Shown here one piece after another: positions 1 to 13,864 of a stretch of 64,000 nucleotides of DNA. The notes beneath the pieces are model-generated. The model worked only from the letters and a program-made list of their open reading frames with translations. It did not search any database and was not told where the DNA came from. A program made the position numbers and the translations under genes. Numbering within the stretch: the stretch's first letter is position 1; each line of letters opens with the position of its first letter. The stretch is from Auanema rhodensis (taxonomy: Eukaryota > Animalia > Nematoda). The DNA is taken from NCBI GenBank assembly GCA_964057225.1, contig OZ059895.1:7502001-7566000 (forward strand). The letters are read 5' to 3'.

Positions 1-15
1 TATGAAACATTTCAG

Positions 16-442
16 CAATGAAGTCAATATATTCTGCAATCTTCATATATGTGTTGACTGTGAACAAAATGTTTGTAATCATGAAAGAAATCGTCGAAAT
101 AAGGATTCATCATCAATACTTGCATCAGCTTCCCAGTTCGGTAGACGTTTATCTGATGACGTCATTGATGACGATATACTCGAAGACATCAGTCCTCCCA
201 TCTCATTGCGAACGTCATTCCGGTTGAGACGACAGAACAATAAACAAGAGCCATCTGCCATGGAGCAGCAGCAGCAGCAGCAGCCAAGCCCGATGTCTAT
301 ATCTGAACCTAATTCTTCCCCAATAATTCCAATGAATGACGTATCTTCTACAAATAATCATAATGAGCATATGATGTCATCTTCATCATCGTCAATATTT
401 TACATTTCAATTACATTATTGTTATTATCACTGATTATCTAA
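16..442 (+). CDS. Last exon of a ZP-domain (cuticlin-like) protein; gene starts upstream of the window
   Basis: tttcag acceptor at 10-15. The peptide NEVNIFCNLHICVDC...C resembles a ZP-C terminus, followed by a furin-type RNRR, a Ser/Gln-rich linker and a hydrophobic C-terminal anchor (IFYISITLLLLSLII*). Confidence 0.7.
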
Positions 443-2721
443 GACGATATCATCCATGTTTTTGTCATTCCATGTTTTTTTTTGTGTGAATATTGTTATT
501 TGTATAATGAACAAAACTATGAAAAGTAATAAAATGATTTATTAATATTTCTTTTTAAATAAAAAATTTTTTAAAATATATATTTCATTATATTATACTA
601 TAGTTCTATACTATAAATATTATAAATACTATGAATATTTATGAATAACTGAAGCAGCAATATTATATCAAATAGAGATACACCTTTTCAATACTTTTCA
701 TTGTTCTCACCTATTATCTAATTTTTTTTTTTGAAATTTGACAAATTAACTGAATTTTGAATAAAACAAAAACAATTATTTACAAATACCTATCAATATA
801 TTTATATATTATATGTCTATATATGGATCTTTTTGAAAAAAAAAAGATTCAAATAATTGGCTTTCATTATTAAAATGAATTGAATTCTACTTAATTCTTG
901 GAAAATGCTATCAATTTTAATTATTTTTTGTTTTTTCCTCTTACATGACTCATTTTATGGATATCCATGCATAGCTATTAGAATAACGTAAATCAGATGT
1001 TGTTCTTCTAATACTAATTAAGCAATTATGGTTACATCTGTTTCTGAAGGGTCAAATTCTACAGAATCCAAAATAAGATGAATTTCAAAAATCATTGGAA
1101 TAATCTTTGATGAATAATACTGGATAACGTATAATGACATATTATTTCTAATATAATTTTATGACTAAGTCATTCAAAATAAAGTATAAAATGCGAAAAC
1201 GTAAAGTAATTTAATCAACAAATTCAAAATAACACTGAGTTATAACATTTATATGAACAACCGTTCTTAAACTCCGAATAATTTGAAATGAAACTTAAAA
1301 TAAATTTCAAATAAGGTTTATATATAATGAATATAAATCATTTTTATATTAATATACTCATATATACTAAATATATCTGTGAATATCGAACTATAAACGT
1401 TATATGATTAATAGTAAATGAAATATTAAATAGAAAATGTATTGAATATGAAATTTAAATTATAGCTAAAATACAATTTTTAATAAATCAAGTTTATGTT
1501 ACATTTTCTCTAACTATTTCTATTTAAATGTATAGATAAATCTTACATTCATTTAAATACTCTCATGTTTCATTCATTTAACTATATATAATATAAATTT
1601 ATTTAATTACTAATCTATTCAAATGATGGGGCGTGTCTCATTCAAAGACAATGATGTTCCAACCTTTTTATTCATTTTCTGTTTCAAAAATTTCATTTTA
1701 GTAGATCATGTAAACCATTTGATCTATAGACAACTAATAACAATCTAAAAGTCTGAGGTTATAGCTTAATCAAACAAGGAAATGGCAGGTAATATTAATT
1801 TTACAATTGTCAAAAACAATTAAATTACTTCATAATCTAATTAAATTATTTTATTATTACCATTATTATTATTTGAATTTATTCTTCTTTATTATAAGAA
1901 TATTAATTATTAGTCTTAAATCTAATCAATTCTCTCATTCTATTCTTTTTCTCTTCTCTCTTTCCTTATTGAACATCCCACCTACATATGTATCTATCTA
2001 TCAACATCATTTCCTTTTCTTTTAGTTTATTTATGAAAGTATATGCTTATCAATATTCAGAAAACTTTTAAAACATTCACCGACAATTATTTTATTTGTT
2101 ATTTTAAATTATTTTCTATTTATACATTTATAAGTATATATGTATATATATACATAATTGTTAATGTATTTTTCAAATTTCAACGTTTTATACTACAAAA
2201 TTCATATTTATGTTGTTTTATTCTTAATATTAACAGCCAGTGAATATTTCAAATATTTCTACAACTTGAATTTACTATGAATTTTTCTTTTTTTTTTTTA
2301 ATTTTTTAGCAACAATTTCTAAAAATTTAATCTTTAAAATAGCTCTATAACATAATCAAATCAATAGTAAATCTATAAAAAACCTGTAATTATGATTTTT
2401 TTTTTAATTTTGAATATTACCACCCTCACTTTTAATTCTAATAATTAAATAAATAATTATTTATTAACATAAATTGTATATAATATTCTTATTTCTTATT
2501 AAGAAATAAGAATATTATTTAAGTTTATTCAAAGTTTTATTAAATAACTTATATGTATCTTCTGGATTTTTTAATTTATTATATATAGGCTTGCTGACCA
2601 TTTAAATTTTAGAAGAAAAACAAAATATATATATACAAATAAATTTATCAATTTTTTTTTCTTTTAAATAGAAAATAAATTCATTTTATTTTCAGATTTT
2701 CAAATATTTTTTAACTTTAGT

Positions 2722-4575
2722 ATGACACATAATAAATCTGAAATTGATCCATTTTATTGTGAGCAATTAGATATATTATCAAAAAACACAATAACTATAT
2801 TTCTGTATGTATTTAAGTTATTTATATGTTTACTTGGATTAATTGCTATGATTCTTAATGTCAAATTACTGGTAAATTTTTCAAATTTTTTAAAAATTTA
2901 ATTAATTAAAATAATTATAATTTAGGGTATACGTTGGATTGTTCATCCAAATGCTCGTGTACTGTATATAGCTGTATTGATTTTATCTTTTTTAATTTGT
3001 TTACAATATTTTATTATGTATTGTATTGATAGTTTTAGGTAAAAAACTTAATTTTCTTCATCTTTATACAGCATTTTATATTTATTTTCATTTAGAATGC
3101 TTACTTCAACATCATATTGTGATGCATTGATTTCAACTCGACTATCATATCTATTACTAACACCCGGTGTTACCTTTGAAGCTTATTTGGTAATTTATAA
3201 TATTAACTATATATATATAATTATAAATGAATAGTTATATATATATATATCAAACTATATAGAAATTTATTCTTATATCATTAAAGGTTACTATATTTCT
3301 TTTTATGTCAATTGAACGACTTATTGCCTCATTATTTCCTGCATATTATGAAAAAATTAAAAGTTGTCATTTTGGTATATTTCTCGTAGTTACAGCTGTA
3401 AGTATTAATATTAACAGTTTATATAGTTAATCATTTATATAGATACTTATGCAAATGCCTATACTCTATAGAATTTGGCGTCATCCAGTTGCATGGGAAC
3501 AACCAAGTATAGCTTTTTCTATTATCAATGAGGAAAATCATGAAGATTATAAGGTAAATAGCTTTAAAACTATATCTTATATATAAGATATATTATAAAT
3601 AAATGAATAAGAATATATTTAGATAGCTATTTATCTACAATTAGTATATGAAGTATTATCAATTGTAACATTTCATTATGTTTTAATACGTAATCGACAA
3701 AATCGATTAGAACGTTATTCTAATGGTTTATCTGTTAATTATCAAAAATCTGAAAATCTTAAAATGGGTTTATATTTTCTGCCAGTATTCTATTGTCATT
3801 TTATTATAACTGTATTCTATATGGGATCATTTACTATATTTACTATGGTATGTTTTTTTTTTTTTTTTTTTCAAAAATATTGAAATTGAATAGTATACTT
3901 GGGCAAATCTCGGCACTGAACCCATTTGACTTAAGTCGACTTTTTCAAATCTAAAGTCGAAATATTTCAAAAATTCCAAAAATCGACTTAAGTACAAGGT
4001 CAGAGTTTTCTAAAGTCCATATACATATAGTTAAACTATGCCCAAGTATAGTATATATGTATATAAGAATATGTGTTATAACATATGTTTGACGAAATTC
4101 TCTTTCAAATAAAATTGTTGAAAGACTGTAGGGGCCACAAATCAGTTTTACCGTTCAACATATGTATTATAACGCATTATAATATAAATAATTAAATGTT
4201 TTGACTTTACTATACCACGTTTGATATTTTTTAAATTATTAGGACGAATGCTTTTCGCACAAAAAAATATAAATAGAACATTAAAGTTTTATCGAATTAA
4301 AAAAAATTATATATAATTAAGAAGAACTTATATTTATTTAGACAGCAAATGCTTCTGATCTTGCTTCCTATGCAATTTTCTCAGAATATGTTAGTTGGAC
4401 GCCATTGTATGCAACAGCAATGTCTCTTGTTTTATATTTCACAAAAAATTCTCATACAAAACATTTGAAAAAAATGAAAACAACTCAAATGGGATCTGTA
4501 TTCATACCATTGGATACATTATTCACATTACGAAATGCTAAAAAATATAGTTCAAACACTGTTTCACAAAGTTAA
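2722..4575 (+). CDS. Serpentine chemoreceptor, Sra/Srab-like (7 exons)
   Basis: Spliced ORF MTHNKSEIDPFYCEQ... has the family motifs VHPNAR, MSIERLIAS..YYE and YQKSEN, multiple TM segments and GT-AG introns. Confidence 0.8.
3894..4050. mobile_element. Small MITE-like element (Tc1/mariner-type ends) in the last intron of the chemoreceptor
   Basis: Perfect inverted ends TATACTTGGGCA (3894-3905) and TGCCCAAGTATA (4039-4050). The outer TA is readable as a target-site duplication. No coding capacity. Confidence 0.6.
4071..4177. repeat. Imperfect inverted repeat, possibly a decayed second MITE
   Basis: The left arm ATGTGTTATAACATATGTTTGACG approximates the reverse complement of CCGTTCAACATATGTATTATAACGCAT. 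Confidence 0.4.
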
Positions 4576-4939
4576 ATAAAATATTTTAAAAAGAATTGAA
4601 AAATGAAATATTTTGCATGAAACTGTAGTATAGATACACAATAATCAGAATGAAATACAATGAGGTTAATGAATTCAGATAAACAACGTCAAAGTTAAAA
4701 TTTTAATTTTCTAGAAGAATATACTAATTTTCGAACGAACTACTAACATAATAATTGAAGAATATTCAAAAATTGAATATAATAAGTCAGATAGTCAGAC
4801 TATTATGATCAAATAAAACTTTACATATCTGAATGTATATATTTGATCTTTGAATAAAATATACATATATTAACCATGATATGATGATAAAGCTATATCA
4901 GTTCTTATACTAAATTTATTAATTATTATAACATAATAA

Positions 4940-6552
4940 TTAATTTATTATATAAACATACGTGCTTATTGTTGACTGTCCTACATGATTCTCCCGTTTC
5001 AATATTTTACGAAAAGCCGAACGATACGAATCAGATCTCCAATAACATATAAAAAAATTAGACGCATATGATAATACAGCTGGTATGACCTTGAAAAAAC
5101 ATTTTAAAAATTTGAAATTAACACGAGAAACTAACAAGAAATGCTTGAATAGATAACATATCTCGTTTTGATAAAGGCAAATATGTTACAGCAATAGCTC
5201 CAACACAAGCTACAAACCAAGAACACGTAAAAAATACAGCAGTTACTCCTAATCTACGAAGAATTAATGCTGTTTGAGAAAGATTTGTGATAGCTTCTAA
5301 ACATTCAACATTAGTTGGTCGGCCGATATATACATTTATGCTCAAAATTCTTTAAACAGCTTAAGGATTTATTTTTTAAATTTACAAAGAAACTTGAACT
5401 TGAAACTAAATAGTTACATACTTCGTTGTCGAAATACTTTTAATGTAAAAAGATAAATTAATATTGTACAAATATTTATAGCTGTAGCTGTTAAGAATAT
5501 AATATCTCCTAATGGTTCAACATTAACTATAAATATTATATTAATTAGCATATAAATAGAATAACAAAATTTCATTTATAAACTAAAATGCAAACTGATC
5601 GGTTGTTGAGAGCAGAGAAAATAGAATAAAAGTTAAAAATTATAACAAATTAATATATTACAGTATCATTATTATAATTAAACTATATCTATTATTAATT
5701 TTAAAATTGGAATAAAAAGGTTCAACTAATTTTTTTTTTCTAAAAAAAAAAGAATTGATATAACTTTTAATATAATTAATATATAAATTATAAAAAATGT
5801 ATTATAAATACATTATTTAAAAACCTGTATATGGATTACATCGGCAGATATAATCATCTTCATATGATTTAATACACATAAACAGTATAGTTAATCCAAT
5901 TGCATTTGGCCATAATGTCATCCAGAAAACATATTTTCTACTATTAACTCTTAAATGCCTAAACAATATAATATATTATAAATATTGTATTTAATTATAA
6001 AATAATCAACCATATTGGATATAAAACAGAAAATAAAAGATCCAGTATCATAACAAAGTATAATCCAGCTTGTTGAACAAATGTAAATAAATACGGAAAC
6101 ATTATTATAAAACAGTTTCTTCTTGGAACTTTATATCCAAACGTAAGGCATATAGAATAATAAGCATTAGCTAATTCAGAAGATAATGATATTATATTTG
6201 AAATTGCAGTAAGACATTGAATATATCCTAAATCACAGTATTTTAGTAAATCCTTAAGCTTCGTATTAACTTCATCATTTAGCTCTAACTTTATTTTAAA
6301 ATTTTACTGAAAATTTAAAATATTAAAAGAATTTTATATAAAATATATAACAATTATAGAATTGTATGTAAGTTATCTTTCATCATTGAAACATATACTT
6401 GTAATTGTTTTACCTGATTTATGTCTTAATTCTTTTTTTGTTTTGATAGCAATAATAATCATAGAATTGCCAAATATCCCAAGAACAAATATAAGAATAA
6501 TAAAGAAAGCAATAGTTAAATTTGAACAGATAAATAGTATGTTCGAACTCAT
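4940..6552 (-). CDS. Serpentine chemoreceptor, Srsx-like
   Basis: Spliced ORF MSSNILFICS...GIFGNSMIIIAIKTKKELRHKS|GY...RRNCF...LDLLFSVLYP...CRCNP...SYASNFFICYWRSDSYRSAF. Confidence 0.8.
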
Positions 6553-8200
6553 TTTTCAGCTTATTCCAATGATTGAAGTACCGAATATAAGTATATGTAC
6601 ATACATGAAACTTTGATAATATTTAATATTGTTATTATATATATATATATTAATAATATTAATAATAATTATTTAAATAATTTGATAAAAACAACAAGTC
6701 TCGAAATAGAAAGAGCAGAGATACACCTTATACTGATCATCTTATCAACTAATTCTTCTACCATTTCTAATCCCTTGGGTATTCCCATCTGTCCGAAAAT
6801 ACTTTGATGTTTTTACCGAAACTTTCTTTAAATTTATCGACCAAATATTTATTATTAAGTATAACAGTCATTAGAATATAGGAAATGTTTTTCTCTTTTC
6901 GTACATGAACGATCAAAATTTCCTATAAAAAACATAATGATTTCCCAAAATCTATTACTACTTATCTTATACATAACTATATTGTTCTTTATATATTTAT
7001 ATCAAATAAAAATAATAATATAATAATAAAATATGAAATAGAGAATCATATGTACTATAGTTGAGCAAAAATACCATACATTACGACACGATGTTGGTAA
7101 TTATCGATGATTGAGATATCATAGTTGATTTATCTTAAAAGAAAATAAATCGATAATTTTCTAAATACTTCGAAATTACTTCGAAATTATATAAATTTAT
7201 ATAAAAGTTTTTGCTTCTTTATCTATATCCAAGACTAATTTTAAAAATGAGAATTTTGGCCATTTAACAATGATGTTTTAACATAACTACAGCTTCATAG
7301 TTAGTAGGAGATTTAGGATTTATCTGAAATAATTTGAAAATGCATGCTGTCTGGAGAACACTTCAAAGCTTTCGGGATCTAGTATTATACTGACAGTTCA
7401 TGGTATACTATATGCTCATGAGTACTCACTCTCTATCATATGGGCTCATCTATCCCTTCATTTTTCCCTAAGCTTATTTCTGATGTTACTAGCATCAAAC
7501 TAATAGAGAATTTGTTAGCACTGTTTCTGTACTCCACATATGTCGCTGCAAAATTTAGAAAACTCAAGATGTGCAAATGAATTCGAGAATTTTCGCTAAT
7601 CTAACGAAGGGTGTTAATTGTGAAAAGGTAAGCCAAATTGCTTTCAAATTTTATGAAGTTCATCATCAATGAAATATCAAAAGAGTTATTAATGAATAAG
7701 TTTTTCAAATTGAATTGTATTCTCCCTTCCTTATCTGAGTTTGACAGTAAATGTGTTTGAGGATTCCTTTATCTTCAGTTTAATGATCAAATTTTTATTT
7801 ACATTTATTCTAATACTAATGAAATTCAAATGTAGCATGATGGGTATTTCTTTTGACCAAAGAAAGCAACATAACAACAATTGAAACATCTTTAAGAATT
7901 TGTTTAAAGTTTTGATTCAAAACAATTTGATAACAAATATGAAAATAACAAAGATGAAGACACAGAAGACAAAGACGAAAACGAATATCTAAAAAGAAAA
8001 TTAATTTAGATCTTCAAAGCTAAATCTATTGTATTGAGTAGGACTTATGAGATATGTCAATAAAAACCGTTGTTGCTGTCCTCTCGATTTGAGAATATAG
8101 AAAAATGTATGAGAAACAGAAGAAACGATACGATTTCGATAGAAGATAGTATCGTAAGATATTGAGAAGTTGTATTTTAGTTTAAAAAATGAAATAAAAA

Positions 8201-9364
8201 TTATTTTGTAATATTAGTTCGGGAAGATTCACGTATTCCTGTAACCAAAAGATGTGCTGACGTCATTCCTAATATTCGTTTAATTGCTATACGGTATTTC
8301 ATTGATCGAAACCAATAAACAAAGAAATGTGATGAATATCCAAAAAGTGATGGTATTACCTACATAATAGTATATTTAATTATATTAACTATATAATTTA
8401 TATATTTACCATCAAACCCTGTATAGCTCCTCGTGCTTCTCCGCTCATAGGTATGATGTTAGCCATCAACGACCCAAATACAGCTGCAAACCATGAGCAA
8501 GCGAATATAAGTGCTGTATATCCAACCCGTTTTAATATACCGTTCATATGAATTCCACCAAACGATTCTTAAATATGTATTTAATGAATCTTGAATGAAA
8601 TATTTTCTTAAAAACTTACTTTTAAATTTAAAAAATAATAATGCTAAAGCATATGTTATAAGAGTTATAATATTAATAATTGTTGTTGTTAATATTTGTA
8701 CGACATGATATGGTGGTGTTACAACTTAAATATATTGAATACGTTTTGATAGATGAAATTATACTGATTACCTGCTATTGGGTTACATCTCATGATTACA
8801 CCATCTTCATACTTCATAAAAATGAATGCAGCATTAATTAATCCCACAAATATAGGAAGTAATGAGAGAATCGTGACATATCTCATATTATCAGTTGATT
8901 TATGCCTATAATTAAATATTTTAGTTTATAAAAAAATAAAATTTATATTAATATTAACCATATAGGACGAATAATTGCTGTTAACAGATCTAAAACCATT
9001 ACAAATATAGCGACAGTTTGATGAAGAAATGTAAACATATAAGGAGATATTAAGATATAACACATCTTTCTTTGTATTTCAACTCCATATATTAAAGCGA
9101 TAGAGTAAAATGCATTTGGTATTTCACATATTATACTTATACTATGTGATAATATAACTATTAATAAGAGATAAGCTAAAAATTAAATAATTAATTTTGT
9201 CATTTTTAAACAAAATTTGAAATTTTATAAACAAGCTTACCCGATTTACAATGTAATTCTGGCGATTTATATATTGCAGCAGCCAATACCATGTTACCAA
9301 CAAATCCAAAAACAACACTAGCAGATATAGAAATAGCTATTGCTAGATTAACTACTACTGACAT
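8201..9364 (-). CDS. Serpentine chemoreceptor, Srsx-like (paralogue of 4940-6552)
   Basis: MSVVVNLA...GFVGN...ELHCKS|AY...RKMCY...LDLLTAIIRP...RCNP...GYSSHFFVYWFRSMKYR. Motifs and several intron positions match the neighbouring gene. Confidence 0.8.
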
Positions 9365-10459
9365 TTGAATTATCATTTTTATAACTTTATGTATTAAAAG
9401 ATATCAAAAAATCTGAAAAAAAATATTTTGAGTCTAAAACAACGATAATGAATTCAAAGAAAATTAAAAAAATCAAGAAATCATGCTTAAAAGTATTTTC
9501 ATAAATTGCTTGAAGTCTTCTTTCTAGATATCTATCAAGACTTCAGCCATAGTTTGTGAGAGTATTCGTAGTACACTAAACGTCTGTTTTTCTTTTGAAC
9601 GGGAGAATTTATAAATATTAGAATTAATATGTTTCTAATTTCATATTTTTTTACATCAAAACGAATTATTCAAAAAGGGGTGTGTTGGGACCAGTGAGTT
9701 GCAGGTGTCTGACGTTCATTGTATAACAATGTATATATATATGTATATATTTGTGTACATATTATAAAGTATTAGAAATAATAAATTTAATGAAAATACT
9801 ATTAAAAAACAACATGTCTACATAATGAACAAGCTGTTATGTGATGTAATAAGAGCTATATGTGAATGTATCAATGTTCAAGAAAAAAAAGTAAAAAAAA
9901 AAAGAATACGTAAGAATACAAGACAATAAGATGAATTTTTCAATATAAACAAATTTATAAGCTATATGTCTATGTATTATGTATATATTTGATGTTTTGA
10001 TGTAAAAAAAGACAATTAATTTTAACTTTTTTTTTTGATCTAAAACCAAACAATTAATTTTATTGTTTATAAGAAATAAATTTTTAAAAATGTAATGGAT
10101 ATTTATAGAAACTTTAAGAATATATGTAAATAAACTAAAGATATTATATTGAGACGTATTGAACCGAGTATTATATGACTGGAAACTATATCTCGTTTCC
10201 AATGCAGTTCAATCATGATTGGAAAGACGGAACCGCAAAAGAAACTATAATTATGAATGTAGTATATCAGGATAGATGAGAAGCTTTATGTAATATGCAG
10301 AAAAATGAAGGATAAACGAATAATATTGAAAGTCTATCGACGCTATTGCAGTTTCTGAAACACCCACCCCAACGTTTTCGCCCACCCATTTGCATGGCTG
10401 AGGGTTAACGCGAGTGCTGGAGCAATCTGCAATAGAAGTCCAAAAACAAGATCAAAAGA

Positions 10460-11402
10460 TTAATAATCTCTTTCAGGACGAAGATTGTAGCGATTGCGAT
10501 GAGCGAAAAATGAACTCAAAGCGAAACAAATTGCCAAGACAAAACAGATGAACTGAAATATATAATTTAAATAAATATTATAAAATCTTCTATTTTTTAT
10601 ATTTTAACCATTCATAGTTAAAATCTTCTTACAATCGTTTTTGAATTTTCATATGTAATTCTATGAACTTACAGCAGCAAATGCCCATTCATAGATGATG
10701 CGACATCCATTATGGATTATTCCATCAGATCCAATATCATTACAATTATTGGACCAACTTCCTGTAGAATAATATGCTTCAAGGAAGGATAAAATTAAAA
10801 AAATTATAGCAGAAGTAGCAGAAAAGACCAAATCCTATAAATTATATTTCAATTGAAAAAGAAATCTTGTAGTATCAGCATACTGTTAATCGCCAAGGCC
10901 AAAAATCAAGATGTGTTTCATTGAGAGTGAAGAAATAAACAATTAAAAAGATAAAAGCGAGACATAGAGCAACTCCTGCTAATATCAAAAGAATTGTTTG
11001 TCCAAATAAAACACCTGAATGTTATAAGTATATTAACTATATCGTTTTATTATGATTGTTTTAATACCTTTAAATGGACCAGGACCAAAAACAGATGTAA
11101 CAAGACAAATAACTACTAGACATAAGAACTATAAATTCATTATAAGTTAAAAATAATTAAATACTTTCTATAAAGTTTTCTTACAATTTCGAGAATTCTT
11201 AGAATTCCATGAGGTCCCATACAATACTGCTTATTGAGACGTCCAACACCACAACTGTAAACTTCATCTTCCTGAAAATAATAATAATTCTAATAGTTAA
11301 TATTAAATAATATACTCTGTATTTAGTTTGAGTTCTTGTTGTAGTTGTTACGTATGTTCCATCAGGTTGTTGAGTTGTATAAACTTCCGCACGACCATCC
11401 AT
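10460..11402 (-). CDS. MARVEL-domain tetraspan membrane protein
   Basis: Spliced ORF MDGRAEVY...GPHGILRILEI|FLCLVVICL...WPWRLT|DLVFSA...WAFAA|FICFVLAICFALS...RDY*, with four TM helices in MARVEL pattern. Confidence 0.75.
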
Positions 11403-12410
11403 TCTGATTGTAATATTATTTATAAAATATTAAATTTATAGCAAAATGCGTGATCAATTAAGGGTAAACAAATCAGCAAATTGTAGTTCATGAATTGAAT
11501 TAAAAATTGAATAAAGTTATCACTAGTTATGCGTCATAATATTTTGCTATATTTTTGCTTTATAGTAATATATTATAATATTAAAAAATTATATAAATGT
11601 ATGTTATTAAGTTACAACGATATTGCAAAAAATAATTGTGCATAATCTTTGTATAGTTTAGTCAATCTATAAGGAAGTAACATGCAGGGATTTGTTGAGT
11701 ACTTCAATCATAAAGTGTAACTAATAGGTTACATATAACTTTAAAAATACTTATAACTCACATAATTGAAATATATAATAAAAATATTCGAATAATATAA
11801 ACTGAAACAAGGAACAGGAAAAGCTTTTGGTCAAAACAAAAATTAGAAAAACGGAAAACTGAGGATTAATGTGAGTGATGTAAACTAAGAATTATTGTAG
11901 TAAAAATAAACATAAAATAAAGATTTAAAAGGTTAAAATGCAATGATTGATAGGTTGTCTAAAACTTACAACCTGATTACATTTGTAGACCATGAGCTAA
12001 ACTTTAGAGGTGCTCTATGGCACTTCTTAGATTCGCTTATGGAAACTACTCGTGAAGCAGATTCACTTTCAGTTGATAAAAACATTACTTATTAACTATA
12101 AATTATATATATGAAATGAAGAAAAAAACAAGTAAATTAAATAGTAAACAATATAAATATTTGTATGATACTTTAGAGTATCTATATACAGAAAAAAGTT
12201 GTAACAGTGACCGAGGCATTTGGTTCAAAATCAAAAGGTTTTTAAGAATAAAGAGAGAAGGAGAGAGAGAGAGAGAGAAACGATTGCTTGAATGGACAAC
12301 AGTTTCTTACTATTTGAACAAACAAACTATACGAATATTTTCAACATAATGGGTTTTTTCTATTAAAAGGGCTTGACCAACAATGTCATTTCTAAGTTTC
12401 CATTCAAAAC

Positions 12411-12444
<34 letters not shown>

Positions 12445-13170
12445 CATATCAAAGATGGGAAAAGCATAAGAGAAATCAAATATATTACATAGAGATGATC
12501 TAACATTTCATCCTAACAATGACCTCCATCATCTTTACGAAAGCTAGAAAACTATCGTTTGTTGTAGTTCTATCAGTTTACTATGAATTTTTCTTCTTCT
12601 TTCTTTCTTTTTGTGTTAAATAGGGAGATTGAGCGAAAGAGACGAGAAAAACTAAAAAAACTACAAATATTCACTTCTGTAAACTGCAAAACTATAATCA
12701 AATTATAATCAAATATTCAAGAAATAAATAGAAAATATATTAAATTGCTGAAACTCCAGCATATGATTTATAAAAAAATATTATTAATAACATGATGTCA
12801 TATTTTCAAGAATTTAAAGAGGAATACCAATTTCTTGAGACAAACAACTAAATAAGAAAGCTTCACAGTTAGTATAGTTAAGTATAGTTAACTATGAGTT
12901 CTCACATAAGCACCGTTCTTGAATCGCCACACATGACTACATAAGCGGAGGGTGAGAAAGAGCTCATACTGAATGAGAACATTGAGAAAGATAGAGTTTG
13001 TTCAAGAAATAACGTCTTCTAATGCAATACAAATGCAGGAAAAGAACCTAACATAGAGGTCGGACAACAAGAAACCGATGAAATGACGATTGTAATCGAT
13101 TTCTTGTGTTCAACCACACCCATCACTAGCCACCCTACAACCGCATGTAAAAGAATTCTGATAGAGATAA

Positions 13171-13241
<71 letters not shown>

Positions 13242-13245
13242 AGAG
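13171..13245. repeat. (GA)n microsatellite
   Basis: Near-perfect AG dinucleotide run seen directly. Confidence 0.95.
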
Positions 13246-13864
13246 GAAGACAGGACAAGAGCGTATAAGATAAAATAGAAAATAAAAGATGCTGAACCCG
13301 TTGTTGTCTTATACAGAAAGCTAATTACACATGCAAATAGATTGATTAGATCATAATGATCAGAAGAATTCAGATGTTTCATCAGGAAATAAAGAATAAG
13401 ATAATTCAATTTATTTTATTTTATCTCAACATGGATAAGATCTATGTATGTACAAAGATACATAAATCAGATATATATATATGATAAAATAATTTAAATA
13501 AGTATTTAGTTCTTAGTTAATTATTTTTTAGAAAAGTACTTTGATTGTATAACAATGGCAAAAAAATAAACAACCTGAGTATTCTCTCACAACCGTCATC
13601 ATCATCAACAGGTATGGGTGTGGTCTCATCTTATCAAGAATACCCTTGAACTATGTCTTAGATCATTAGCAGGATAACAACCCATCAGTGTGAAATCAAT
13701 TTTTTTTTTAAAAATCCACTTATTTTCATCTGTAAAAATGTATAAAATACTATTTTTCAAATGGCTGTAAAACATTATTTAATTAACTGTAATTTTTGAT
13801 TGAATAGTTTTCTAATAATGAAAATGAAATTTTAAAAATATGATAAAAAGAAAATTTAAAAATC

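Noticed and set aside
7330-8000. Slightly GC-richer stretch between the Srsx genes (pseudogene or transposon relic?)
   Set aside because: The frames I read are interrupted, and I recognised no homology or terminal repeats.
13019-13409. ORFs with SL/ER dipeptide repeats
   Set aside because: Translations of the GA microsatellite.
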